The position numbers and the translations under genes were made by a program. A stretch of DNA of 61,325 nt, filler included. It is 4 parts of 4 records of this genome, joined end to end, with 100 filler letters (N's around TTAATTAATTAA, not from the genome) between each part and the next. Parts side by side here need not be neighbours in the genome. Positions count along the whole stretch, not along the records: positions 1 to 28,021 come from SRR31156797_10940; 3 more parts are not named here. The stretch is one strand, 5' to 3'. Every line of letters starts with the position of its first letter. Position 1 is the stretch's first letter. The notes beneath the pieces were generated by a model. The model was not told the DNA's origin, ran no database searches, and was given only the letters and a program-made list of their open reading frames with translations. Positions 20,551-28,121 of the stretch are shown in pieces.

Positions 20551-22011
20551 TTACGACTCCGATTCTCCACCGATGACCCCCAGGTGGCCATCTTCATCAA
20601 GGGTGCCCGCATTTCCGGTGTGGAGCCACCCATCAACGAGAACCCGGGATGTGAGGTCGGGATCCCGGTAATAACCCATGAAATTGGATCGGCTTTTGAC
20701 CAGGATTTCCCGGTTTTCCATTAATTTTATTTCAGTCCCGGGCAACGGTCTTCCGACGGTCTCGGGTTTGACTTCTCCCTCTCGGTGGACATGAATCATA
20801 CCACACGTCTCCGTCAAACCGTAACATTGTTTGATGTTCAATCCGAGGCTCCTGAAAAGCCTTATGATCTCCCGACGGATGGGGTGCCCACCGGTGTAAG
20901 CGGAACGAATCCGGCTGCAGCCGATCCGATGAAGAAGGGGGCGGGATATTAATCGCCTGAGCAGCCCATTTTTAAGTTTCAGTTGAAGGGGTACCGGTTT
21001 TTTTTCGGATTCAAGGGTGATCATACGGTTTGCGGTTTCCAACGTCATATGAAAAAGGGAGCGATTCCATTTTCCGGAACCGGTCATGCCGGTGGTGATC
21101 CGCATTGCCAGATCTTCCCAGAACCCGGTGGAACCGGTGATGAATGTGGGGCCGATATCAATGAAATCCGCCAGTCGGGTTTCAGGCCCTTCAGGGAAGT
21201 TTGTGGTCAAGCCGCCGCAAAGTGCAATGCCCACCCCCCAAACCTGTTCGACGATTCCCGCCATGGGGGACATGGATACCCAGTTATCTTCAATGCCCAT
21301 GGGTTCTGTTTCGACCCATCCGGTGGCGGTGGCCGTAAAATTTGCGTGGCTCAGCATGGCCAGTTTCGGTCTCCCCGTGGTGTCCGAGGTCTTCAACATG
21401 ACCGCCATATCTTCCGGTTTGCCGTCCCAGAGTTCTTTGATGAAAAGGTCGGGTTGTTCATTGTCCAGATCTTCCCCCAGTTCCAGAAGTTGGCTGAAAG
21501 CGACCAGCCAGGGGTTATCTTCATAAAACTTCAGACCGGTGGGATCAATGTATATGATCTGTTTCACGTGGGGGAGCTCTTGCCGGTGGGCCAGAAGTCT
21601 CTCTACCTGCACCTGGTTTTGGGCAAATACGTAGGCGGCTTGAACATGGTCCAGTTCACTGACCAGCATTTCGACTGCGTCCGATGCAAAAAGCGGGAGC
21701 GCCACGGCACCGGCACTGTGTGTGCCCAGTTCCCCAAAAAGCCATTCCGGTCCGTTTTCGAGGATAAAACCGACTGTTTCACCCCGCTCTATTCCCAACG
21801 CCATCAACCCCAAAGCCGCGTGTTTGGTATAACGAAAATACGCACGCCAGTCCATGGTTTGCCATATACCGCAGAATTTTTCCCGGATGGCAATTTTTTG
21901 GGAGCCGAACCGTTCCGCCTGTTTGTACAGGATCTGGGGGAGGGTGTATTGTCCCATGGATGACAGGGTTTCCGGGTCGACGCGCTCGATTTTATGGTTG
22001 AAATCATTCAT
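20551..22011 (-). CDS. Degenerate, C-terminally truncated long-chain acyl-CoA ligase-like protein
   Basis: AMP-binding fold with KTSDTTGRPK (consensus TSGTTG), YGLTE and WLHTGN (consensus TGD); ends before the C-terminal domain. Confidence 0.8.
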   Translation of the reverse strand: MNDFNHKIERVDPETLSSMGQYTLPQILYKQAERFGSQKIAIREKFCGIWQTMDWRAYFRYTKHAALGLMALGIERGETVGFILENGPEWLFGELGTHSAGAVALPLFASDAVEMLVSELDHVQAAYVFAQNQVQVERLLAHRQELPHVKQIIYIDPTGLKFYEDNPWLVAFSQLLELGEDLDNEQPDLFIKELWDGKPEDMAVMLKTSDTTGRPKLAMLSHANFTATATGWVETEPMGIEDNWVSMSPMAGIVEQVWGVGIALCGGLTTNFPEGPETRLADFIDIGPTFITGSTGFWEDLAMRITTGMTGSGKWNRSLFHMTLETANRMITLESEKKPVPLQLKLKNGLLRRLISRPLLHRIGCSRIRSAYTGGHPIRREIIRLFRSLGLNIKQCYGLTETCGMIHVHREGEVKPETVGRPLPGTEIKLMENREILVKSRSNFMGYYRDPDLTSRVLVDGWLHTGNAGTLDEDGHLGVIGGESES

Positions 22012-22054
22012 ATGGGTTTCGGTGAAGTGGTGGATGTCCGATTATCATTATAAG

Positions 22055-22873
22055 TTACATGTCCCCTAGGTAGGCTTTGATGACCTGGGGGTGTTTTTGA
22101 ACGAAGTCCGGAGAGCCTTCCGCGATTTTGATCCCGAAATCAAAAACGATCACTTTTTCCGAGATACCCATCACCACGGACATGTCGTGTTCCACCAATA
22201 GAATGGTTTGTCGCCATGTATCATTGAGCTCCAGCAGAAATCGGATCATGTCGTCTTTTTCTTCGAGTGTCATTCCCGTGAAGGGTTCATCCAGAATGAG
22301 AAGCTTTGGATTTAGGGCAAGGGCCCGGCCCAGATCAACCCTTTTTCGCATGCCCATGGGAAGGTTGGCGACAAGTTCTTTGCGAATGGGCTGCATGTCC
22401 AGAAAATCAATGAGTTCTTCAACCACCTGCCTTTGGCGGGCCTCTTCCGTTTGTACGCCTTCAGAGAAGAGTAAAGCCTCTGCCACATTGTATTTCAAAT
22501 GAACATGGCGTGCCAGCATCATGTTGGAAAGCACCGTCATTTCCCCAAAGAGTTCAACACTCTGGTATGTTCTCCCGATGCCCATGGCGGCCGCCTGATG
22601 CGGTGATAGATGCGTTATTTCCTTCCCATTTAAGGTGATTTTTCCCTTTTGGGGTTTGTAATGGCCCGAAATGCAGTTTAGAAGGCTTGTTTTCCCCGCC
22701 CCGTTAGGACCGATAAGAGAAATCAGCTCCCCATTTTGAACGGAGAGATCAATTTTGCTCAACGCCGTTATGCCGCCGAATTTGAGCGTTAGGTCTTTCA
22801 CTTCCAGGTGAGCCTGCCGCTTTTCGGGGTCGGTGGATGCGAAGAGGCTTGGGTCGCCGCGAAAGGCTTTCAT
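22055..22873 (-). CDS. Liv-type ABC ATPase (LivG-like)
   Basis: GPNGAGKT, LILDEP, VEHDM, AYLG. Confidence 0.92.
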   Translation of the reverse strand: MKAFRGDPSLFASTDPEKRQAHLEVKDLTLKFGGITALSKIDLSVQNGELISLIGPNGAGKTSLLNCISGHYKPQKGKITLNGKEITHLSPHQAAAMGIGRTYQSVELFGEMTVLSNMMLARHVHLKYNVAEALLFSEGVQTEEARQRQVVEELIDFLDMQPIRKELVANLPMGMRKRVDLGRALALNPKLLILDEPFTGMTLEEKDDMIRFLLELNDTWRQTILLVEHDMSVVMGISEKVIVFDFGIKIAEGSPDFVQKHPQVIKAYLGDM

Positions 22874-24090
22874 GGTATGAAGGTTACCTTCTCTGTTTTT
22901 GGATTCCAGAATTTTGTAAGGGGTGTGAATGTTCCATTTTCATTGACCCTCACAATCCTTGTGACAAAAGAAGCGCTATGGTTCGTATCCGTATAGGTAA
23001 TGTTGGGGATAAGTTCTCCAAAATCTTCACTTTCAAAGGTTTCAAGGGCCAGGTTTATTGTCGGCCCATCAATTTTCCCCAGTGTTTCATGGGCCCTTTG
23101 AATGGCCCTGGCCATAATGGCGGCGATGGAAACGCCTTCCCAGTAGGCGGTATGAAATCCGGATACGGATTTGTAACGTTCCACCAGCATCTTTACCAAG
23201 CTGATGCCGGAAGCGGTATCTCCCGGCAGACATCCCGGAAAGGATACGTTCAACCGGTTCCGGATCAAACCTTTTTCACGGTTGAAAAAAGCCGCATCCG
23301 CCAATGTCCGGGCGCCGAAAAAAGGGACATTGTAGTTGATCCGGTCGGCTGATTTAAGGGCAGCCATGGCATCGGATGGCGCACACTCCATGATAATATA
23401 TTCCGCACCCATGTCCCTCAGTTTCAACATGACCGGCTTCAGGTCCGGGGTGTTTGGGGCGAACTGCTCAAGGGCAACGATTTGAACGGAATGGTTTGAT
23501 TCATAGGCCCTGCTGGGGGCATGAATGGATTTTCCGACAGCGTCATTGGCGGTTAAGATGCCGATTCCGGGGGGCGCGGATCCTTTATGGGTCCTTTCAA
23601 TAAACCGGAGTATGGCGTAGCAGTCCAGGAGAGCGCCCCCGAAGGGGAGGAAGGTATATGACACCGGCGGGCGGAGAATGGTTCGGCAGTTGGAAGCGTT
23701 GATATGGGGAATGCGATGCTTCTTAAAAATGGATTGAGCCTTTTTTAAAATATGGGCATTCCAGATTGCCGCAATCTCCACCTTATGCGGCCGACAGAAT
23801 TCCTTGACATGTTCAAGGGTATCCGCAATGTTGGTACCGCTGTCAACAATGGCCAGATCAATTTTTCGTCCTGAAATGCCGGATGTGGTTTCATTAACAT
23901 AGCGGTAATAATCTTCCATGCCCTTGACGTTCAATTGTCCACGGGCCGCGTGGGGGCCTGTCAGGTCGACAATGGCGCCGATTCTTATGTGACCCGTCGC
24001 GGCGTTTTCAGCATGGAGGTTGGATGGAAGACTGAAGGAGAAAATTCCGACCACAGCAAAAAAAATGGATGACCACGGCAATCGGCGCAC
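22870..24090 (-). CDS. ABC substrate-binding protein, Liv/PBP1 family
   Basis: Signal peptide, IRIG...DLTGP..., GISGRKI; SD AGGAGG before GTG. Confidence 0.88.
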   Translation of the reverse strand: MRRLPWSSIFFAVVGIFSFSLPSNLHAENAATGHIRIGAIVDLTGPHAARGQLNVKGMEDYYRYVNETTSGISGRKIDLAIVDSGTNIADTLEHVKEFCRPHKVEIAAIWNAHILKKAQSIFKKHRIPHINASNCRTILRPPVSYTFLPFGGALLDCYAILRFIERTHKGSAPPGIGILTANDAVGKSIHAPSRAYESNHSVQIVALEQFAPNTPDLKPVMLKLRDMGAEYIIMECAPSDAMAALKSADRINYNVPFFGARTLADAAFFNREKGLIRNRLNVSFPGCLPGDTASGISLVKMLVERYKSVSGFHTAYWEGVSIAAIMARAIQRAHETLGKIDGPTINLALETFESEDFGELIPNITYTDTNHSASFVTRIVRVNENGTFTPLTKFWNPKTEKVTFIP

Positions 24091-24182
24091 AACCCCTCCT
24101 GAAAATGAAAGCCATACCGCCGCATTTCATCAGGGAACCCGCGCCACATTGCGCGGGTTTCGTGGAGGCGACGATGTGTTGA

Positions 24183-24212
24183 AATCTAATGCAACAGACA
24201 AATTCTTGTCAA
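24183..24212 (-). promoter_or_regulatory. Sigma70-like promoter of the ABC operon
   Basis: TTGACA-N18-TAGATT on the minus strand; -35 lies inside the palindrome AAATTCTTG-T-CAAGAATTT. Confidence 0.55.
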
Positions 24213-24228
24213 GAATTTATTGATTTAG

Positions 24229-24318
24229 GGGGACGTCCTTTATATTTTTACATTTCGCACCCAAGCTTGCAATGCGGAGCCGCTTCTTATGAAATGTAAA
24301 AATATAAAGGGCGTCCCC
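24229..24318. repeat. 28-bp inverted repeat with 34-bp spacer (MITE/REP-like)
   Basis: GGGGACGTCCTTTATATTTTTACATTTC ... GAAATGTAAAAATATAAAGGGCGTCCCC, one mismatch. Confidence 0.85.
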
Positions 24319-24369
24319 TGGTGTTCGAGAAAAATACTTGACAGTAATGCTGTGTGGTGTTAAAAATTA

Positions 24370-24387
24370 TGAATGAATAGTCATTCA
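24370..24387. promoter_or_regulatory. FadR(YsiA)-type TetR operator
   Basis: TGAATGAATAGTCATTCA fits TGAATGANTANTCATTCA exactly; downstream of TTGACA at 24338, upstream of the tetR gene. Confidence 0.8.
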
Positions 24388-24403
24388 TTGTAAGGTGGAG
24401 ATT

Positions 24404-24994
24404 GTGAGCAAGAGAAAAGACAACGAGAAGTACCACAGAATTATCGAGGCGGCCACGAAGGTTTTTGCACAAAACGGCTTTTATCAGTCAAAAATTGCGC
24501 AGATTGCGAAGGAAGCCGGGGTCGCCGATGGAACCATTTATATCTATTTTGAGAACAAAGATGATATCTTGATCTCTCTTTTCGAAGAGCAGATGAAGGC
24601 CGTGTTGGATAATATGGCCCTTCAGGTGGCGAAGATTGATGACCCTGCCGAAAAACTCGAGAAATTTGCATCAACCCATCTAGGCCTCATTGAGATGAAC
24701 AAAGACATGGCTGAGATTATCCAGGTAGAGTTGCGGCAGAGCGGCAAGTTCATGAAGGAGTATAAGAATGAAAGATTTCTGGAATACCTGGATATAATAG
24801 GCGATATTATCATTGAGGGGCAGAAAAGCGGGCTTTTCAAAAAAGATGTGATCCCCGGTGTTGCCAAAAGAGCTTTTTTTGGTGCTCTCGATGAGGTGTC
24901 CCGTTTTTGGGTATTGTCAAGTCGCAAACAATATGATATCAGAACCGTTGCTAAACAGATTAGTGGGTTTTTTTTAAATGGCATAAAGGAATAA
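24404..24994 (+). CDS. TetR-family regulator, FadR/YsiA-like
   Basis: KY..IIEAA..VFA.NG, IAKEAGVADGTIYIYFENKDDILISLF, QVELRQS; GTG start after GGAG. Confidence 0.88.
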   Translation: MSKRKDNEKYHRIIEAATKVFAQNGFYQSKIAQIAKEAGVADGTIYIYFENKDDILISLFEEQMKAVLDNMALQVAKIDDPAEKLEKFASTHLGLIEMNKDMAEIIQVELRQSGKFMKEYKNERFLEYLDIIGDIIIEGQKSGLFKKDVIPGVAKRAFFGALDEVSRFWVLSSRKQYDIRTVAKQISGFFLNGIKE

Positions 24995-25045
24995 TGTGTT
25001 GGTTTAACGTGTTAACTTGAAACAGTTGTAAGGAAGGAGGACAAT

Positions 25046-25840
25046 GTGAACATTATAGTCTGTCTAAAGCAGGTACCGGATACCGAAAGCCAGATCAAGA
25101 TTGAATCGGACGGAGCGTCAATTGTGACGGATGATATCAAATGGGTGATGAATCCGTATGATGAATTTGGCGTGGAAGAGGCATTGCGCCTGAAAGAAAA
25201 GCATGGCGGCGAGGTGACCGTGGTGGGCCTTGGGCCGAAAAGGGTTACGGAGTCCATCCGTACAGCTCTGGCCATGGGGGCCGACAAAGGGATTCTGATT
25301 ACGGATGATGCCTTGGAGGGTAGCGATGCCCTTGCAACGGCCAAAGCCATTACCGCCGCCATCAAAGATCTTGAATGCGATATTGTTTTTGCAGGTCAGC
25401 GGGGCGTTGATGATGATCAGGGACTGGTCGGCGCTGCCGTGGCGGAACTTCTGGGTATTCCCCAGCTCTCCCTTATTGTGAAGGTTGAAGTGGCTGAAGA
25501 TGGAAAGACCCTTAAGGTGGAGCGACCCATTGAAGGTGAGACGCTTGTCATCGAGTCTTCCCTGCCGGCGCTGATTACCGCTCAGAAAGGTTTGAATGAG
25601 CCCCGATACGCTTCTCTTCCCGGAATTATGAAAGCCAAGAAAAAGCCCCTGGAGGAAAAAAGTCTGGCTGATCTGGGCCTCGATGCCGCGGAATTCGGTG
25701 CGGCCGCAAGGAAATTGAAGATTCTGGAACTGACGCCGCCTCCCGCCCGGCAGGCCGGAAAGATGGTTGAGGGTGAAACCCCCCAGGAAAAGGCTGCTGA
25801 ACTGGCAAAGCTGCTGCACGATGAGGCGAAGGTTTTGTAG
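25046..25840 (+). CDS. etfB: Electron transfer flavoprotein beta subunit
   Basis: VCLKQVPD, NPYDE, ALAMGAD, NEPRYASLPGIMKAKKKP. Confidence 0.95.
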   Translation: MNIIVCLKQVPDTESQIKIESDGASIVTDDIKWVMNPYDEFGVEEALRLKEKHGGEVTVVGLGPKRVTESIRTALAMGADKGILITDDALEGSDALATAKAITAAIKDLECDIVFAGQRGVDDDQGLVGAAVAELLGIPQLSLIVKVEVAEDGKTLKVERPIEGETLVIESSLPALITAQKGLNEPRYASLPGIMKAKKKPLEEKSLADLGLDAAEFGAAARKLKILELTPPPARQAGKMVEGETPQEKAAELAKLLHDEAKVL

Positions 25841-25923
25841 ACCCTTACCGTTTCCCGCTTTTTCAAATCGTGTTGATGTGCGAGTATTAATATTATTAGG
25901 ATGATTGTGTAAGGAGATATAAA

Positions 25924-26907
25924 ATGGCACAGGGAGTTTGGACGATTGCCGAACAGAGGGATGGAGCGATCCGCAAAATTACTTACGAAATTGTGAGTGA
26001 AGGAAGGCGTCTGGCGGATGCCCTCGGTCAGGAATTGACAGTGGTATTGCTTGGTTCCGATATTAAGGACAAAGCCGCTGAGTTGGGGCAATATGGCGCG
26101 GACAAGGTTCTGGTTTGTGATGATCCGAAACTGGAGCCCTATACCACCGATGCGTATGTATCGGTTATTTCGGGACTGGTCAAGGACGGCGATCCCGCCG
26201 TATTGCTCGTGGGCGCGTCCGTGGAAGGAAAGGATCTCTCTTCCAGGCTGGCGGCAAGGCTTGATGTGGCAATGGCTCAGGACTGCACCGCTTTTGCCGT
26301 TGAAGATGGAAACCTCGTGGCAACCCGGCCCATTTATGCCGGAAAGGCCTATGCAAAGGTCACCTTCGAAAACAGCTTTCCACAGATGGCGGCGGCCCGT
26401 CCCAAGGTCATGGAACTCAATGAACCGGATGCATCCAAATCCGCCGAGGTGGTGGATGCGGAATTCACCTTGGATGACGGAGATTTAAAAACCAAGGTTG
26501 TGGACGTCGTGAAAGATGAAAGCGGCAAAGTGGATCTGACGGAAGCGGACAAGATCGTTTCCGGCGGTCGGGGCATGAAGGGTCCTGAAAACTATAACAT
26601 CCTGGAAGACCTGGCGGATTTGATCGGCGCCAGCGTGGGCGCCTCCCGTTCGGCGGTCGACGCGGGATGGCGGCCCCATTCGGATCAGGTGGGGCAAACG
26701 GGAAAAGTGGTTTCCCCCAATCTGTATGTGGCCTGCGGTATATCCGGCGCGATTCAGCATTTGGCCGGTATGAGCACTTCAAAGGTGATTGTTGCCATCA
26801 ATAAGGATGAGGATGCCCCCATCTTCCAGAAGGCCGACTACGGTGTTGTGGGAGACCTTTTTGATGTGGTTCCGGCGTTGACCGAAGAAGTTAAGAAGTA
26901 TTTGTAG
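25924..26907 (+). CDS. etfA: Electron transfer flavoprotein alpha subunit
   Basis: VSGGRG, GASR, QVGQTGK, GISGAIQHLAGM, INKD. Confidence 0.96.
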   Translation: MAQGVWTIAEQRDGAIRKITYEIVSEGRRLADALGQELTVVLLGSDIKDKAAELGQYGADKVLVCDDPKLEPYTTDAYVSVISGLVKDGDPAVLLVGASVEGKDLSSRLAARLDVAMAQDCTAFAVEDGNLVATRPIYAGKAYAKVTFENSFPQMAAARPKVMELNEPDASKSAEVVDAEFTLDDGDLKTKVVDVVKDESGKVDLTEADKIVSGGRGMKGPENYNILEDLADLIGASVGASRSAVDAGWRPHSDQVGQTGKVVSPNLYVACGISGAIQHLAGMSTSKVIVAINKDEDAPIFQKADYGVVGDLFDVVPALTEEVKKYL

Positions 26908-26929
26908 AAATTAATAACGTTACTTAAAT

Positions 26930-26970
26930 GAGCCTTCCGGATCTATTGACCCGGGGGGCTCTTTTTTTTT
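26930..26970 (+). terminator. Intrinsic terminator after etfA
   Basis: GAGCCTTCCGG-loop-CCGGGGGGCTC followed by T9. Confidence 0.85.
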
Positions 26971-26981
26971 GAAAACCGTTT

Positions 26982-27653
26982 CTACAACAATTCCAGAAAG
27001 TCTTCCAGGTCCAGCGCTTTCTGTTCCTCCAGGGCCGCTTCTTCGCTGACGGGCTCTTTTTCCAGGGTTTCCATGGTCCCGGGCTGGACCAGCATCTGCA
27101 AGGATTTTTCATCCGATTTACTAAGCCATTGCTTCACATCTTCCACGGGCTGGCGAATTTCTTCCAGTTCTTCCCACATGTTGTTGCTGATGTCGCGGCT
27201 TTCGCCGGAAGCCAGGTGCGGGGCCACAAAAAAGCGATCAAGAATGACGGCAATGGGGACGTCCACTTCATTTTCCAGTAAATAACTCAACTTTTGCATA
27301 AAAGCGGATTCATAGATGTGTCCGGTAACGGGAACCGATCCCACTTCTTTTTGAATGACCACTCCGTATTTAAGCCGCATGCGTCGGTCTCCGTTGAGCG
27401 GTTCAGGGATCCAGAAACGCCCTTCCAGGGTTTGTGCCGGTTCCTCTCGGGTTTCGCATATTGCAGGCGCTCCCATGCCGGGTGTCACGATTTGTGCCGG
27501 CTCCATCTCATCCATTATGAGAATCTTTGTTCCCGTTTTGAGGGGATGAAAAATACCACTTTCAGAGACCAGGCCGATTTCATGGTGGCCACACGTGGGG
27601 CAATTTCTGGCGGTGACGGTCCCTGCGAATGGCGTTTCTTTACGGTTTGGCAT
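26982..27653 (-). CDS. Hypothetical protein with N-terminal CxxC-GHH motif
   Basis: 223-aa ORF with SD AAGGAGG; CPTCGHHE. Confidence 0.7.
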   Translation of the reverse strand: MPNRKETPFAGTVTARNCPTCGHHEIGLVSESGIFHPLKTGTKILIMDEMEPAQIVTPGMGAPAICETREEPAQTLEGRFWIPEPLNGDRRMRLKYGVVIQKEVGSVPVTGHIYESAFMQKLSYLLENEVDVPIAVILDRFFVAPHLASGESRDISNNMWEELEEIRQPVEDVKQWLSKSDEKSLQMLVQPGTMETLEKEPVSEEAALEEQKALDLEDFLELL

Positions 27654-27938
27654 CGTTGCCTCCTTATCATACTATGGGGTGCAGAAAAATAAGCTTCCAC
27701 TTTCTCGATTATATCATTCGTGTGGCCGATATCAATTCCAAAAATATTGGGGTTGTAATTCTCATTGCACGGCTGAATTTTGGAATTTCATTCTTCCCCC
27801 TGACAACTGTCACCTGCTCCCTGTGGACGGTTACCGGTCCAAAGTTGAAAAAAATTGAGTTGTAAGCCGATAATCGTGAAAGATCAGGGGGCTACCCGGC
27901 ATTTTTTCAAATGGTTTTACCCTCAGGGCATTATTTGG

Positions 27939-27966
27939 TTGACAAAATGAAAAAATTGCATACATT
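27939..27966 (+). promoter_or_regulatory. Sigma70 promoter of the tRNA gene
   Basis: TTGACA-N16-TACATT, 19 bp upstream of the tRNA. Confidence 0.7.
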
Positions 27967-27985
27967 TAGGTCCCAGAACGCTACC

Positions 27986-28021
27986 GGCGGTGTAGCTCAG
28001 TTGGTCAGAGCATGCGGCTCA
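27986..28021 (+). tRNA. tRNA 5' half, probably elongator tRNA-Met (anticodon CA[T] cut by contig end)
   Basis: GGCGGTG TA GCTC AGTTGGTCA GAGC A TGCGG CTCA: acceptor strand, D arm, anticodon arm. Confidence 0.85.
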
Positions 28022-28121
28022 NNNNNNNNNNNNNNNNNNNNNNNNNNNNNNNNNNNNNNNNNNNNTTAATTAATTAANNNNNNNNNNNNNNNNNNNNNNN
28101 NNNNNNNNNNNNNNNNNNNNN
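28022..28121. other. Artificial contig spacer
   Basis: N44-TTAATTAATTAA-N44, giving stops in all six frames. Confidence 0.99.

Noticed and set aside
24126..24162. Hammerhead-like GAAA-stem-UH...CUGAUGA on the minus strand
   Set aside because: Only 2 nt where stem I must be, and stem II does not close
28022..28121. Adhesin stop at 28074 and any gene linkage across the three N spacers
   Set aside because: The spacers are artificial, and base composition and gene style change across them
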